DNA from: Podarcis muralis
Lineage: Eukaryota
DNA length: 64,000 bases
Reading direction: 5' to 3'
NCBI RefSeq assembly: GCF_964188315.1
Contig: NC_135656.1
Coordinates: forward strand, 62,806,001-62,870,000
Part shown: positions 12,831-24,865 of the stretch, in pieces
How the letters are laid out: each line of letters begins with the position of its first letter
Position numbering within the stretch: the stretch's first letter is position 1
The notes under the pieces: model-generated
What the model saw: the letters and a program-made list of their open reading frames with translations, nothing else
Databases searched by the model: none
Told to the model about the DNA's origin: nothing
Program-made: the position numbers and the translations under genes

Positions 12831-13633
12831 TATTTGGAAACTTGAAAAATTCTTATGGAGACCACACACACACCACCACTTGGCACACCATGGAACACAT
12901 TCATACCTCCAGCATCCAGATGAGGCAAATCAGATTGCTAGTCTTTTTGGTCCCAAGCTCTTGAAAGAGCCAGCTGACTTGCACCAGAAATTGAGACCAA
13001 AAAACGGGCTCCTTTTTGTCCTGGTCTCTGGCACAAGCCAGCTGATTCATGCCAGAGTGCTGGACCAAAAAACAGGACATTCTGGGATCCAATCAGAACC
13101 CGGAATGGCTTCTGTAATTCCGGGATGTCTCGCTTAAACCAGGACGGTTGAGCGGTATGTACATTATGCAATTGTATGCAGGATTTAAGATGCACACATG
13201 ACGTCTCAAGTTCACCACCAAAGTTGGCAAGCTCAGAATTGCCCCCTCTCTATTCAAGAGAACAAAGCATCCAATGTGGAATTGTGTATCTCCCTCTCAG
13301 TCACCAGACTACTATTACCAGTTTCTCCTTCCATTCTACTAAAAATGCACCACCACAACCCATGGAAACACTTGACAACACCTTAAGTCACAAGGAAAGG
13401 GATCTGGAAAGAGACACTCCTTTATGTATTTGGATGCCAAGCTTGTGTTCAGGACTTTAAAGGTTAAGCCCCAACACATCAAACTTATAACCTTTTGATA
13501 TGATATTCTCTTATCAAAAGCTACTGGTTGAATTGCCCCACCAAATTACACTTTGCTGAAATCTAGTCCATCTGCTGTGTCCATTTACTCTGCGATCCAC
13601 CTCTCTTCCATTGATCCACAGGCCAAGGCAGTA

Positions 13634-13859
13634 CAGTGGTACCTCGGGTTACATACGCTTCAGGTTACATACTCCGCTAACCCAGAAATAGTGCTTCAGG
13701 TTAAGAACTTTGCTTCAGGATGAGAACAGAAATCGTGCTCTGGTGGCGCAACGGCAGTGGGAGGCCCCATTAGCTAAAGTGGTGCTTCAGGTTAAGAACA
13801 GTTTCAGGTTAAGTACGGACCTCCGGAATGAATTAAGTACTTAACCCGAGGTACCACTG
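13634..13859. mobile_element. Tigger/pogo-like MITE, family A copy 3
   Basis: TA TSD, TIR CAGTGGTACCTCGGGTTA. Confidence 0.9.
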
Positions 13860-14733
13860 TATCTGTTTTTTTCTGGCTAATAATATGGGGGGGGGGGCCA
13901 AAAACAAAGAAACACACCATACTGATCAGTGCTTTTTTCTTAAAATGTTTAGGGGTACTCTCATTTTCCTACTCATATTGAAATACTACCCCTCAATGAG
14001 GCCAAACTTAGATTCACAAAATGTTTAGGAGTATGCGTCCCCCTGCGTCTCCCCCCCAGAAAAAAAGCACTGATATTGATAATATGCCACCACAGGTTAA
14101 GGTCTCGCTTTTCCTGTGCAGTGTGTGTGAGTGTGTGTGTGTGTGTGAGAGAGAGAGAAATAGCAGGCTGCCATTTCTTCCCAAAAGCCTAGTAAATGCT
14201 AAGTAGGCTTTGAGAAGGAGCCCTCATGCCTCCTTCCTAATGCTGCTGCTGCTGTCACCCCAGGAGTTGCTTTCGCAGCCCCCATCTGCTGGCCAGGAGA
14301 AATTGGGGCGCCCCTGGATCAAGACAGAAGCTGTGACTGCTTCTGGGGTTGCCCCAGCCCTATAGGGATTGCTAGAGGGTAAGCCATTCACATTGCTTAA
14401 GGTACAGGTTGACTCAGTAGAACAGTGTGCCTTCAACCAGCTTATGTTGCTGGGTGGCCCAACTACTATGTAATCCGAACATATTAATTATTTGAACAGG
14501 GATATCTTGGCTGCAGCAATCTGAGCTGGATTTTCAAGACTGGACTATTATGTCAAGCTTCAATTAGTGTGGAACTTGGCTGCCCAGCTGGTGGCAGGAC
14601 CGAGGTGAAAAGATCATATCACACCAATTCTATTCCAGTAACATTGGCTGCCTGCACGCTCCCAAGCCCAAGTTCCTGTTCTCTCTGCTCAGTCTTTTAG
14701 ACTGACGTGTCATCTGTAGAGACTGCTTTCACT

Positions 14734-14885
14734 TCATAGAGTCATAGAATTGCAGAGTTGGAAGGGACCCTGAAGATCATCGGATCCAGCCCCCTGCAAT
14801 GCAGGAATATGCAGCTGTCCCATACGGGGATTGAACCTGTAACCTTGGCGTTATCAGCACCAAGCTCTAACCAACTGAGCTTTAC
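14734..14885 (-). mobile_element. SINE: tRNA-Ile-like head plus CR1-type 3' tail
   Basis: Minus strand AGCTCAGTTGGTTAGAGCTTGGTGCTGATAACGCCAAGGTTACAGGTTCAATCCCCGTATGG, then ATTCCTGCATTGCAGGGGG...GGGTCCCTTCCAACTC. Confidence 0.8.
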
Positions 14886-15489
14886 CAAGATTGCAAGGCC
14901 TTTTCCATCGTGTTCCAGTCCCACCTCAGGCTGCTTCTGGGCAAATGGGCACAACTGCCCTGTCTTCTTCCAAGAAATGTTGCTTTCACATCTCACACTT
15001 TTAAGTTCATGTTTATTTAAGATAGTCATCCACGGGCTTGTCTATTTGGTAACCTTTGCAAGGAGCTCACAGCGATCCACAAAATCTATTCATTCATCTT
15101 CATTCATACCATTTTGAATCAATCATATTGCAAATAGCAACATTAGGAAGAGAACAGTGTACAAAATCTTCAAAATCATTAGATGAATTGTGAGCAGGGA
15201 GGTCAGCCAGAATGACATTAAATGCAGAAAAGAACATACAGAGATATTAACTGGCCTGTGCATACCTACTCATAAGTAAATTCTACTGAGTTCAAGGCTA
15301 CTTCCAGATAAGTGGATGTAGAATTTTAGCCTAAGAGCTTTATCTATGTGCTTCCCAAATTATCCTGGGAGCTGCGGTTTGTGTGTCACAGAGCTACAAT
15401 TCCCAGCAGATAACAGGGGACATGTTATATTCTTGAATCTTCTCTCTAGTCCAAATTCTGGTCACTGACATTCTCTCTAAGATGGATTT

Positions 15490-15774
15490 TACGTGAGCTC
15501 ACCCCTAAAACAGCATATGGCACACCAATCTGTGAGGAATTCTCGAGTTCAGAGCCTACATGGTTAATATTTGCAGGAGCAGCCCACAAGTCCTTGCTGT
15601 TCCATGATTGGCCAGAAGCGTTCTGCTTCACCCTATTTATCGCAGCATTTTTGCTGGAAGGTGCTAACGTGTTTGAGTGGCGGAGACAGAGCGAGACACC
15701 TGCGGCAAGCAGTAGCCCTCTGGGGAGGCAAAGGGAGGGTGCTTACCCCCCTTGTCCCCGTGGCTGCCACAACC
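15490..15774 (+). promoter_or_regulatory. GPX3 proximal promoter / 5'UTR
   Basis: TACGTG 15490, CCAAT 15525, GTTAATATTTGC ~15563, ATTGG 15607, TATA-like TATTTAT 15634, local CpG retention, no ATG between the TATA-like box and the start codon. Confidence 0.55.
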
Positions 15775-15861
15775 ATGAGGGGCAGACATAAGGACACGTG
15801 GATTTTGCCCTTGCTCTTAGCTGGCTTAATTCAGCCAAATCTGGGACAGGAACAACAGAAG
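15775..15861 (+). CDS. GPX3: GPX3 coding exon 1 (signal peptide [29 protein letters not shown])
   Basis: ACAACCATGA Kozak context, 29 codons, donor AAG|GTAAGA. Confidence 0.92.
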
Positions 15862-18800
15862 GTAAGATATTGCAGTACCATTCAATGGGTGCTCAAACAG
15901 GAAGATAACCTGGGATCTGACAGCTCTTGTATTCTGGTTTGAAACCATGCAGTATCAGACAGCAGGGTTTGGTGAGGACGAGGAAAAGCTGCCTAGTGAT
16001 TTATATAACATAATGCTCTCTGCACAATCAAGCACCCCTTATGAATCTGCAGCCAGTGGGAACCAACCTGATCTGGCCTGCATAGGGACCAGAGATTCCA
16101 TACCACAAAATTATGGGCAGAATGGCAGGTCCCAGTTTATATTCAGCTCCTCTCCCACAATGCCTTTGAAATTCTGTATCTAGATCAGGGTACGTATTTG
16201 AGCCTATATTATTGTGGGCATTGTCAGAGGACAAAGGGAGTGCTACTTTTAGCCATGTAAACTCGCTGCTTCTTATCAAGTGGTGAAAGGAATGGAGCGC
16301 ATTTTATGATCAGCCTGTCCCTGCGCTGTCCCCCTTCTTCCCAGGTATGTGAGCTGGCAGGCTGTTTCTCTGTCTCGCTAAGCTAGTTTCTGAACAGAAA
16401 TTTCACATTTTCCAGGATGATTATATCAGGATGATCTTGTAAATTTTGACCTGGATGCTGCTGGGCAAGCGCTTTAAACGATAAGACACCTCCACAGAGG
16501 CTGACCCTATCAGTGACTACTAGTTACGACGGCTATATCTGATGTCCAGTATCAGAGGCAGCATGCGTCTGAATGCCAGTCGCTGAAGGACATGAACAGG
16601 AGAGTGCTATGGAGGTTCACGGTCCGATTGTGGCATTCTCAAAGGCAGCAGACTGCCCACCACGAAAACAGAATGCTGGACTAGATGGGCCAGAGGAGCA
16701 TAAACCTAGGGGCCTAATACTGAGTTCGACCACTGGTCCATCTAGTTCAGTACTGTCTCCTCTGACTGGTAGCAGATCTCCAGAATTTCAGATGCGGTTG
16801 TGTGTGTGTGTGTTCCCAACCCGATCAGATGGGTGGGGTACAAATAATAAAATTATTTTATTCTACCTGGAGATGCCAGGGATTGAACCAGAGACCTTCT
16901 TCATGATACAGCAGGTGCCCTGACACGGAGCCATGGTCCTTTGTCCAATCCAGTAGGGTCCTTCTTACATCCTTAGGTTCTTGCCAGGAATGCTATAAAT
17001 ACCCATTTGTCTTATTGTGGAACTCAGAAGATCAACCTCACAGAATAGCTGCGATGATAAATGATACTGTGGTTGCAAAGGACCCAGTGCGAATCTCACC
17101 CCCATCTCCTCTGATGTCTGAATCCCTCCTAGGGCAGGAGAGGAACCCGGAGATATAGTGCTTCAGGTCAGGCAGATCCTCTGTAGCATGGAACTTTAAT
17201 CTCGAGCAGGGAAAGGGGGAGCTGCTGTCTAAAGCACGGGAGATGGATGTGACTCGTGCACCAATGTCATCAGTCCAAAGGACAAGGTTAGGCAAGATAG
17301 GATAGGTCCCATGTGACTTGTTTACTCCCAGGGCTACCTGCACAGGCAGATAGTGTGGCAGAGATGTGAGAGAAACCTCAGTGACATCTTATTATGAATA
17401 AGAAAGCCACATATAATCTGCCTTAAAAAAGGGAAGCACAATTGCCACTTTGTTGCTGGTCCATTTAAAGCAGTTTCTGCTCATACCTGCACCAATGCAC
17501 AAGACCAACTTGTGTGGGTCACAGAAAGATGGAGGGGAAGCATTACCTAAGTGCAAAAACAAGTGGTGTGGAAATATTAAATCACCATTCCTAGCTCAGC
17601 TGGTAGAGCACGAGACTCTTAATCTCAGAGTTGTGGGTTCAAGCCCCATAAGCAAAATATTCCAGCATTGCAGGGGGTTGGACTAGATGACCCTCGGGGT
17701 CCCTTCCAACTCCACAATTGTATGTTTCCATTTCTCTCCAGAACAGCAGCTGTGAGGCGGGATGGGGAGACTTTGGCTCTCCAGATGTTGCTGGACTACA
17801 TCTCCCATCAACCCCGGCCAGTATCAAGGCCAATGGAAGTTGCAGTCCATTAGCAACTGCAGGGCCAAAGTTGCCTCATGCCTGCTGTACAAGATGCCCA
17901 TTGGGGCACATGCCAAGCATACTTGCTAGGAGACAGGCTGCATTGGATTCCGGCAGAGCAAACACATTGGATGGTGCTGCAGAGGTACAATGTCGCCGTC
18001 ACTTTTATTATGGGAAGGAAAGAGAAGGGCTTCCAAACCTGTTGCTCCCAGTCACAAATACATCTAGCCTAAGTAGACTGTTCCTGTCCTGTTCCCGTTA
18101 CAGCAATCTACTGTGCTGACTGATGGGATTTGCAATCCACAGCATTTGATGGAGAAACGGCTCGCCAAATGCTTGCATATACCCCTGCCCTCTCAAGGCT
18201 ATCTTTAAAAGCCAAGGAAATGACAGTGCTTCTCCAAGCTTTTCATTCCCGTGGTATTTCAGCTGTTTACAACGGTTGAAATGTTTGTCCATCTTTTGTG
18301 GGTTTGCTGGCCAATGCTATTTTTACCCTTGTACCTTCTACCGCTGCTTAATAACTGGTCTCAGAAACTGGCTCCTCTTGTTCTGTGTCTTCGATTAGTA
18401 TTTTTTGTGCGACGTGCCTTTGGTTTGTTTAGAGCCAAAAGACGTACACAAGTGTTAATCCCCCTCCACAGTTAACATTCCCCTTCCTATCCCACGGCTG
18501 TAATCCAGGATTTGACTTGGAACAAAACTTCGAACAGGAACAAATCTGGGTTGGCCTGCAGTAAAGGGGACCTGTCTCTGTCATCCAGCAGCTGTCCCTG
18601 CAAACTGGAAAAGCAAAACAGCTTTAGCAGTGCTTGATCTGTGGCTTCTGACGCAAATAGATTTCCTCTCTCCTGCAGTGAACCAGAAGTTCAGAGCAAA
18701 TGATGAAGTGTACCGATCAGAGCCTAGTAACCATGTGTTTCTAGGTGACCATCAAGAGCTAAGTGGTGGGGGCAGTTCTTCAGTCACCAATTATAAACTG

Positions 18801-21800
18801 CTCTGTCATAGGACGTTGCTTTATATCGGTCCAGACCAGTATTGACTGGCAGCAGGAGTACCAGCTTGGGTGCCCAGAGCCATGGCTGTCATGCAGCGTG
18901 CATGGCCCTGGCACTGAAATTTGTGGGTGCCCTTCCCCTTCATGGGAAATTTTGTGGGTGCTCGGGCACCCAGGGAGTGGGCAGGTATGACTGGCAGCAC
19001 AGCTTTCGAGAGTTTCAGGCCAGGATTTTACCCAGCCCTACTCAGAGATGCCAGGAAGTGAGCCCAGGACCTGCAAAACAGGTGTTCTACCACTAAACTT
19101 TAGCTCTTCCCTTCCTCACCGCTGAGGATGGAGTATATTTTCAGCACCAGAAGGGTGTGCCCACCCTACTGTATTTATTTCAGCTTTCATTAGACACTTC
19201 CTCTAAATACATTCATAGGTTTGTCAACACCTCTGCTTGGAAGATGCTCCTGTGCCTTTTTGCCAGCTCTGAAGAAGAAGGGAGTTCAGCAGGGATGGCT
19301 TCTCTTATCACTACATCAGGAGCATCCAGACACACTGGGCATTTGCACCAGAGCCATGCACCCTGCCACCGTGCATTCACTGAGCTTGGGAAGGGGCAGA
19401 CACAGGCAGACTCTCCTCCATGCACAGGGGAAATCTGGGCCAGCCCTGATGTTCCCGAGTCCCTGCAGACAGAGGTGCTGTTGTCAGCCCTGCAATATTT
19501 TGTATTGTAAAGCTGGAAGTCACTGAAGAGCTCACTGCCACCCATTTAGACTGTGTGGGATTACTGGTTCTTGTACTACTCTAGAGGTAGGGAATCTTTG
19601 GCCACCTCAGGCTGCATTCTCTTCTGGGCAATTTGCCAGAGGCCACATGCCAGAGGAGAGCAGGGCAAGAGCCAAAAGTGGGAGGAGCAACAAATATAAT
19701 CTTTGCACAGTAGGCTGCGTTCTGCACATGCTCACACATCCCTCTCTAGCCAGGCAATCGAGAGTTGTTTTCAGAATTCTGGGGCACAGTTTAGCCAGGC
19801 AAGCAAGGCCAGTAGAGTCCCGAAGGCCTGGTAAAAAGACCTGCATGGAACATTTGGCCTGAGGTCCCCCTCCCCTGTTGTGGTCCGATCTCCTTCCATG
19901 GTATGGGCATCCAGGTACACTTGTGGAAATGTATATGAGCTGTCAAAGCAGCTCTTAGAAAAGCCCTGGTGCAGATCTGCATTCCAGAGTACCTTCTTTC
20001 ACCTCCTTATCCTTCTTCAGGTAGAGTCTCTCTTGTTTCCCTCCAGGTGGACTGCTACAACACGAAATCAGGAACAATCTACGACTATGGGGCTCTCACC
20101 ATAAACGGTGATGAGTACATCCCTTTCCAGCAGTACTCGGGGAGGATGGTCCTCTTTGTCAATGTGGCCACCTACTGAGGACTCACAATGCAGTATCTTG
20201 GTAAGATTCTCAGCTAGGAAGAGAAGCCTAGCTAGCAGCACGTGCCCTAGTAGTGGATACCTTTGATGGGAGGCACTAGACTTCCAGCAATGTCAGAAAC
20301 TGAGAAAACCTCTTAAGCCCAGAAGCATGAAGATTAGCTAACATTATTTGGTAGGGATCATCTCTGTTCTGTGATACTTTCCTCTTTATTATTGTGTCAC
20401 GTGCAGCTGATGAGATCTGGCCTAAGCACAGGTTCCGAGGCTCAGTCCAGGCATATCTACACTTAGGCAGATTTGCCTTTCCCTTGGGAGATTCAGGACA
20501 GATACATTACTCCTCCAGGCAGCGCATCGTTAATTTATGCAGCGATTGCCACCAACCTGGATGCTTTAAAAGAGGATCGGGCAAATTGATGGAGGAGGAG
20601 GCTATCAGTAGCTACTAGTCATGATGGCGGTGTTCTGTCTTGATGGTCAGCAGCGATACTGCCTTCTGAATACTAGCCGCCAGAAGCATCAGGAGGGGAG
20701 AGAGTTATTGTGCATTGGTCCTGCTTGCCCAGTTCTCACGGGCATCTGGTTGGCGACTGTGAGAACAGCATGGTGGACCAAATGGACCATTCTTGGAGGT
20801 TCATCTGCACAACGCAATGTTCAGAGATGCCAAGCTGCCTCTTGTTGACTTCAGGATGGCTCCATCACATAAGTATGCTTTGAGCCAAGTTTTTTGTTGA
20901 GCTAAGTCCTGCAGGTGACTTCTAGAGGGATAGCCGATTGTATTAATTCCTTTGGCACCTTAAATGGTAACCATTTTTTATTGTGGCATAAGCTGTCACC
21001 ATCAGAAGTGTGATCCTCAAATGGCAGGTATTTGGGGTACAGGTTGTAGCTGAAATTGCAGCGGAATGCAAGGACTGTGGCAATTCAATTAGAGTCTGAA
21101 TTGGGATTTTGCTCTGTTGGTGATTATGTTGCAGAACTGAATGCACTACAGAATGAGCTGCGAAATCATGGACTGGTTGTCCTAGGTTTCCCATGCAATC
21201 AATTTGGAAAACAAGAACCTGGCACGAATGCAGAAATCCTTCCAGGACTGAGGTGAGTACACCTACTGCATGACCTGATGGTTATGCCAGGTAACTCTAC
21301 ATTGCACAACAGGCTAATTTAGAAAGCCTCTTGTCCTTTAGTGCTTACAGTTGCTCACTATCTCCTTCTCCTGTGGCTCTACCATGTACCCCAGAGCAGA
21401 CTCACATGCATGTATTGCTAATTTTCACTTCTCTTCTCCTTCTGGCCAGAAGGTGGGGGCAGGCAACAGACTCTTTAATCTCTAGGGAACTTACCTACAC
21501 TTCCCTGGAAATAGTGATTGCCTGAGAGCAGGGAATGGAAAGGATATTTACGGTTGGGCAGCAGGGACTGTGCCTAATAGATTCTGAGCAGGGGCCAGGA
21601 GGCTGTCCTCTGAACAGTGTAGAAACTTTTCCTTGTTGCAGCCTCTCTGCGAAAGAGCTGGTTAAACTTGCTCCTTCTGTTCCAGATACGTCAGGCCTGG
21701 AGGAGGTTTTGTCCCAAATTTCCAGCTCTTTCAGAAAGGAGATGTGAATGGGGATAAAGAACAGAGAATCTACACCTTCTTGAAGGTTTGTATCGGCTCC

Positions 21801-22849
21801 TTTGAACCTCTACCACCTCTCATCCTGGCTCATGAAGATGTTAAGGGAAATAGCTTGGAGCCAAGGATTCCCCAAACAGAACTACGCTCCGATGATGCTC
21901 TCACTGAGAGACAGGGGGGCATTTCTAACCAATTTATTCCTTTCCCCTCGTGCCCCCACTAAATCTGCTCCAACGGTTGACCACTGTGAGAACAAGGATG
22001 CTGAATTGCCTTTGGCCTGATTCAGCAGGGTTCTTATAATCAGGACTGGGGTCTCCTATAAAAGAGCTTAAGAGATGGAGCAGGGGCCCATAAGGGGAAA
22101 TCAGAGAGAAGTGCCTTCTGCCAGTGTGGGTCTCCAATGGACACAGTTCCCTCCCATAAATAGATCATGGCAATCCCATTAATGGAAATGTAACTCGGGA
22201 TCCGAGAAAGTAAGTTCTCTTTAAGCAAATGCCAGGGGTGAGGCTGCCAAGAAAATTACAAGTTTTTAGATAGGCAAGCACCTATGTGGAACGTGGCAGA
22301 GGGGAAAAAAGCAGCTGGGGAGGGGGAGAAATTTTAAACAGAAAAGCAGCTGGTGAGGAGGGGTTAAGCACCTTCTTCCCTCCTGACTGGTATTCATTTA
22401 AGAACAAAACAGGTTGCAGCATCATTACCCACATGCAGATAGGGTAGTTTATTAGGCTCAAATGTTGCTGTCAGGAAGTACATTTCAGGCTCCTCTCTTC
22501 CTGTTCACAGCTGCCTACATCTCCCCTACACCACTAGAGCAATGACGAAAAGCTTGTTTTTATACTTCTCTCAAATTGCCTCCATTTCTAACAACAGAAA
22601 AGTAAATAATGCTTTTCTTTCTCTCTCTGGTAGAACTCCTGCCCGCCTCCTTTAGAAAGCTTTGGTGACCCCAAGAGACTTTTTTGGGAACCGCTGAAGG
22701 TCCACGATATCAAGTGGAACTTTGAGAAGTTTTTGGTTGGTCCGGACGGGAAGCCTGTGATGAGGTGGGCACACAGGACCAACATTGGCACTGTGAAGAG
22801 CGACATCCTGAAATACATGAGAGAGCAGCAGAACCTGTCAATGGGCTAG
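15775..22849 (+). CDS. GPX3: Glutathione peroxidase 3 (secreted selenoprotein), whole CDS span, 5 exons, 675 nt, 224 aa
   Basis: Spliced exons of 87+154+118+100+216 nt give a signal peptide, [23 protein letters not shown] and [15 protein letters not shown]. The catalytic tetrad U/Q/W/N is intact. Exon sizes and the position next to TNIP1 match mammalian GPX3. Confidence 0.97.
17585..17725 (+). mobile_element. SINE: tRNA-Lys(CTT)-like head plus CR1-type 3' tail (not a functional tRNA)
   Basis: CTAGCTCAGCTGGTAGAGCACGAGACTCTTAATCTCAGAGTTGTGGGTTCAAGCCCCA with a broken acceptor stem, then ATTCCAGCATTGCAGGGGGTTGGACTAGATGACC...GTCCCTTCCAACTC. Confidence 0.8.
20047..20200 (+). CDS. GPX3: GPX3 exon 2, contains the Sec codon TGA at 20176-20178
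   Basis: ctccag|GTGGAC...CTTG|gtaaga; [51 protein letters not shown]. The ORF track entry 19969-20178 stops exactly at this TGA. Confidence 0.97.
20510..20800 (+). mobile_element. CR1 LINE 3' fragment in GPX3 intron 2
   Basis: ctttaaaagagga..aaattgatggagga..ggctatca...ggcatctggttggc.actgtgagaacag; inverted homologues at 31255-31505 and 46620-46780. Confidence 0.65.
21135..21252 (+). CDS. GPX3: GPX3 exon 3
   Basis: ttgcag|AACTG...CTGAG|gtgagt; [39 protein letters not shown]. Confidence 0.97.
21686..21785 (+). CDS. GPX3: GPX3 exon 4
   Basis: ttccag|ATACG...TGAAG|gtttgt; [33 protein letters not shown]. Confidence 0.97.
22634..22849 (+). CDS. GPX3: GPX3 exon 5 coding part to TAG stop
   Basis: ctggtag|AACTCC; [71 protein letters not shown]. 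Confidence 0.97.
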   Translation, partial: NSCPPPLESFGDPKRLFWEPLKVHDIKWNFEKFLVGPDGKPVMRWAHRTNIGTVKSDILKYMREQQNLSMG

Positions 22850-23262
22850 AGGTCATGTAGATGTAGAGAAATAAGATGGGAGGGGTGGAGGTGGGGAGAC
22901 CTGTTGCTTTATCCAGAACCAGACATTTTATCCTCAAATCACAGAAAAAGGAACTGAACTTCCTTTGACCAAAAGCAAAAGGTTAAGATATAATGTTAAA
23001 TATGGACTAGTTTATTCAAAATCAGACTTCAACCCTTCCTCGACTGACCTGTTTTTCCAAACACACTTTGGAAGAGGAAGTGGGCCTCAGCTTTCCAGTC
23101 CCTCTCTAGGCTTCGCTCCCACCATGTTGTAAGTGGGATCTCTCCCTGCCATCACTCCAACTTTGAGCCCACCATAGCACATTGGTAGCATTGCAGGGAG
23201 GTTGACGAAGACGACCCTTGGGGTCCCTTCCAACTCTACAATTCTGTGATCAAAGCTGAGTA

Positions 23263-24228
23263 CAGTGGTACCTTGGTTCTCTTTTTTTAATAATAATTTT
23301 TATTGATTTTAACATATAAATTATAAAATTTACCACGAAACTTATCACTTATACCATCTTTTTTGACTTCCATCAGCACCTCTGATAATCCACCGTTTTG
23401 TTCACTTCTTATATATTTCTTAACTTTATATTGCCTTTAAGTCTCTTAACAAATTATCCTTTCCCTTATCTATTTTTGTAATACTTCCAATAATACTCCT
23501 CATAGAACTTCTTGCAAACCTACAAACGTCGTCTGGTCTTCACAAATACTTTTCAAATAGTCCGTAAATTTACTCCAGTCTTCCGGTACCTTGGTTCTTA
23601 AACCTTATCTGCTCCGGAAGTCCATTCCAAAGGCGCGCTTTCCCACAGAAAGTAATGCAAGATGGATTAATCCGTTCCAGACTTTTAAAAACAACCCCTA
23701 AAACAGTAATTTAATGTGCATTTTACTATCTAACGAGACCACTGATTCATAAAATGAAAGCAATAATCAATTACTGTACTATAAAATAAGTAAGACAGTA
23801 TTGTAGGTGATAAAAATTATTATTATTATTATGATTTTACCTGCACTGATGCTAGTCATTGTTTGGATGGGGGGCTTTTATCCATTTCCGTAGTCACACA
23901 ATCAATCAATCAATCAATCAATCAATAGCTGAAATAGCTGAACTGGGTTCCACACAGTCACAAACCAAATAAACCAAAAAAGCCTCAAAAACAAAAACGC
24001 AAAATAAATAGCAAAAACAAAGCGCCAAACTTAATCCATTCCAGAAGTCTGCTTGACTTCCGAAATGTTCGAAAAGAAAGGCTCTGCTTCTGATTGGTGC
24101 AGGTGCCCTGGAAACAATAGCTGACAGCCGCATCGGATGTTCGGCTTCCAAAAATTGTTCGAAAACCAGAACACTTCCGGGTTTTCGGCGTTTGAGAACC
24201 AAGGCATTTAAGAACCAAGGTATCACTG
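23263..24228. mobile_element. Tigger/pogo-like non-autonomous element in the GPX3 3' region, interrupted by L1
   Basis: TA|CAGTGGTACCTTGGTTCT ... AGAACCAAGGTATCACTG|TA; interior related to 48467-48681. Confidence 0.85.
23281..23584 (-). mobile_element. L1 3' end (304 bp) with a 14-bp TSD
   Basis: ORF2 end DWSKFTDYLKSICEDQTTFVGLQEVL*, AATAAA and A-tail on minus; TSD ggtaccttggttct at 23267-80 and 23585-98. Confidence 0.85.
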
Positions 24229-24865
24229 TATATTACAACACACAAAGTAGTCTTTTGGTTTTGATACTACATTCAAAGTATGAGAGGGACCTCTTTCCCC
24301 ACTCTTTGTTAACATATTTATATGCAAATATATATTCAGCAGTCTAGCCATCAGGCTTTATAAGTCAAGCCACACTCACTTCTATCTATAGAACTCAATT
24401 ATGCCAATTTATGGTGGCATAAGCTTTCACAGACTAGTGCTTCCACCAGGGCAGCCAACATGGTGCTCTCCAGCTCTTGTTGGGACTAAAACTTCCATTT
24501 GTCCTATCAGGCATGGCTAATGGTCAAGAATGATAGGAGTCATATCCCAACAAGATCTAGAAAACACCATATTGGTTGCCTCTGGTTCACATCACTATCA
24601 GGTCTCAGAGATCTTTATTTGCAACCCTGTGCTATAAGAACCCAACTCACACTGCTCCTGTTAGGGATGGGCAGATCTTTTGCTAATAAATGGGATCCAC
24701 ATTTTGGACAGCTCTGGATAAGGCACAGACCGCCTCCCTTCCACAGCAAGCTGAACAGACCCTCCCAGGCCAAGAGGTTATGTTGACTGAAGTTTCTCAA
24801 AGATGGCATTGCCTCCTCCGAGTGTGGATGACAGGAGAGAGGGATCTGGGGTCAAGATGATGCAT

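Noticed and set aside
12930-13070. CRISPR-like or tandem array (repeated CCAAAAAAC/GCCAG motifs)
   Set aside because: Eukaryotic DNA; these are subterminal repeats of a DNA-transposon fragment with no regular repeat-spacer period.
1000-15400. SMIM3, IRGM or ZNF300 (mammalian upstream neighbours of GPX3)
   Set aside because: No ORF or exon with recognisable motifs of these proteins was found.
17585-17655. Apparent tRNA-Lys(CTT) gene
   Set aside because: The acceptor stem does not pair and it runs straight into a CR1-type tail; it is a SINE head or pseudogene.
19969-20178. ORF ending at TGA, suggesting a truncated GPX pseudogene
   Set aside because: The TGA aligns to the Sec73 position, downstream exons are intact and a SECIS-like hairpin exists.
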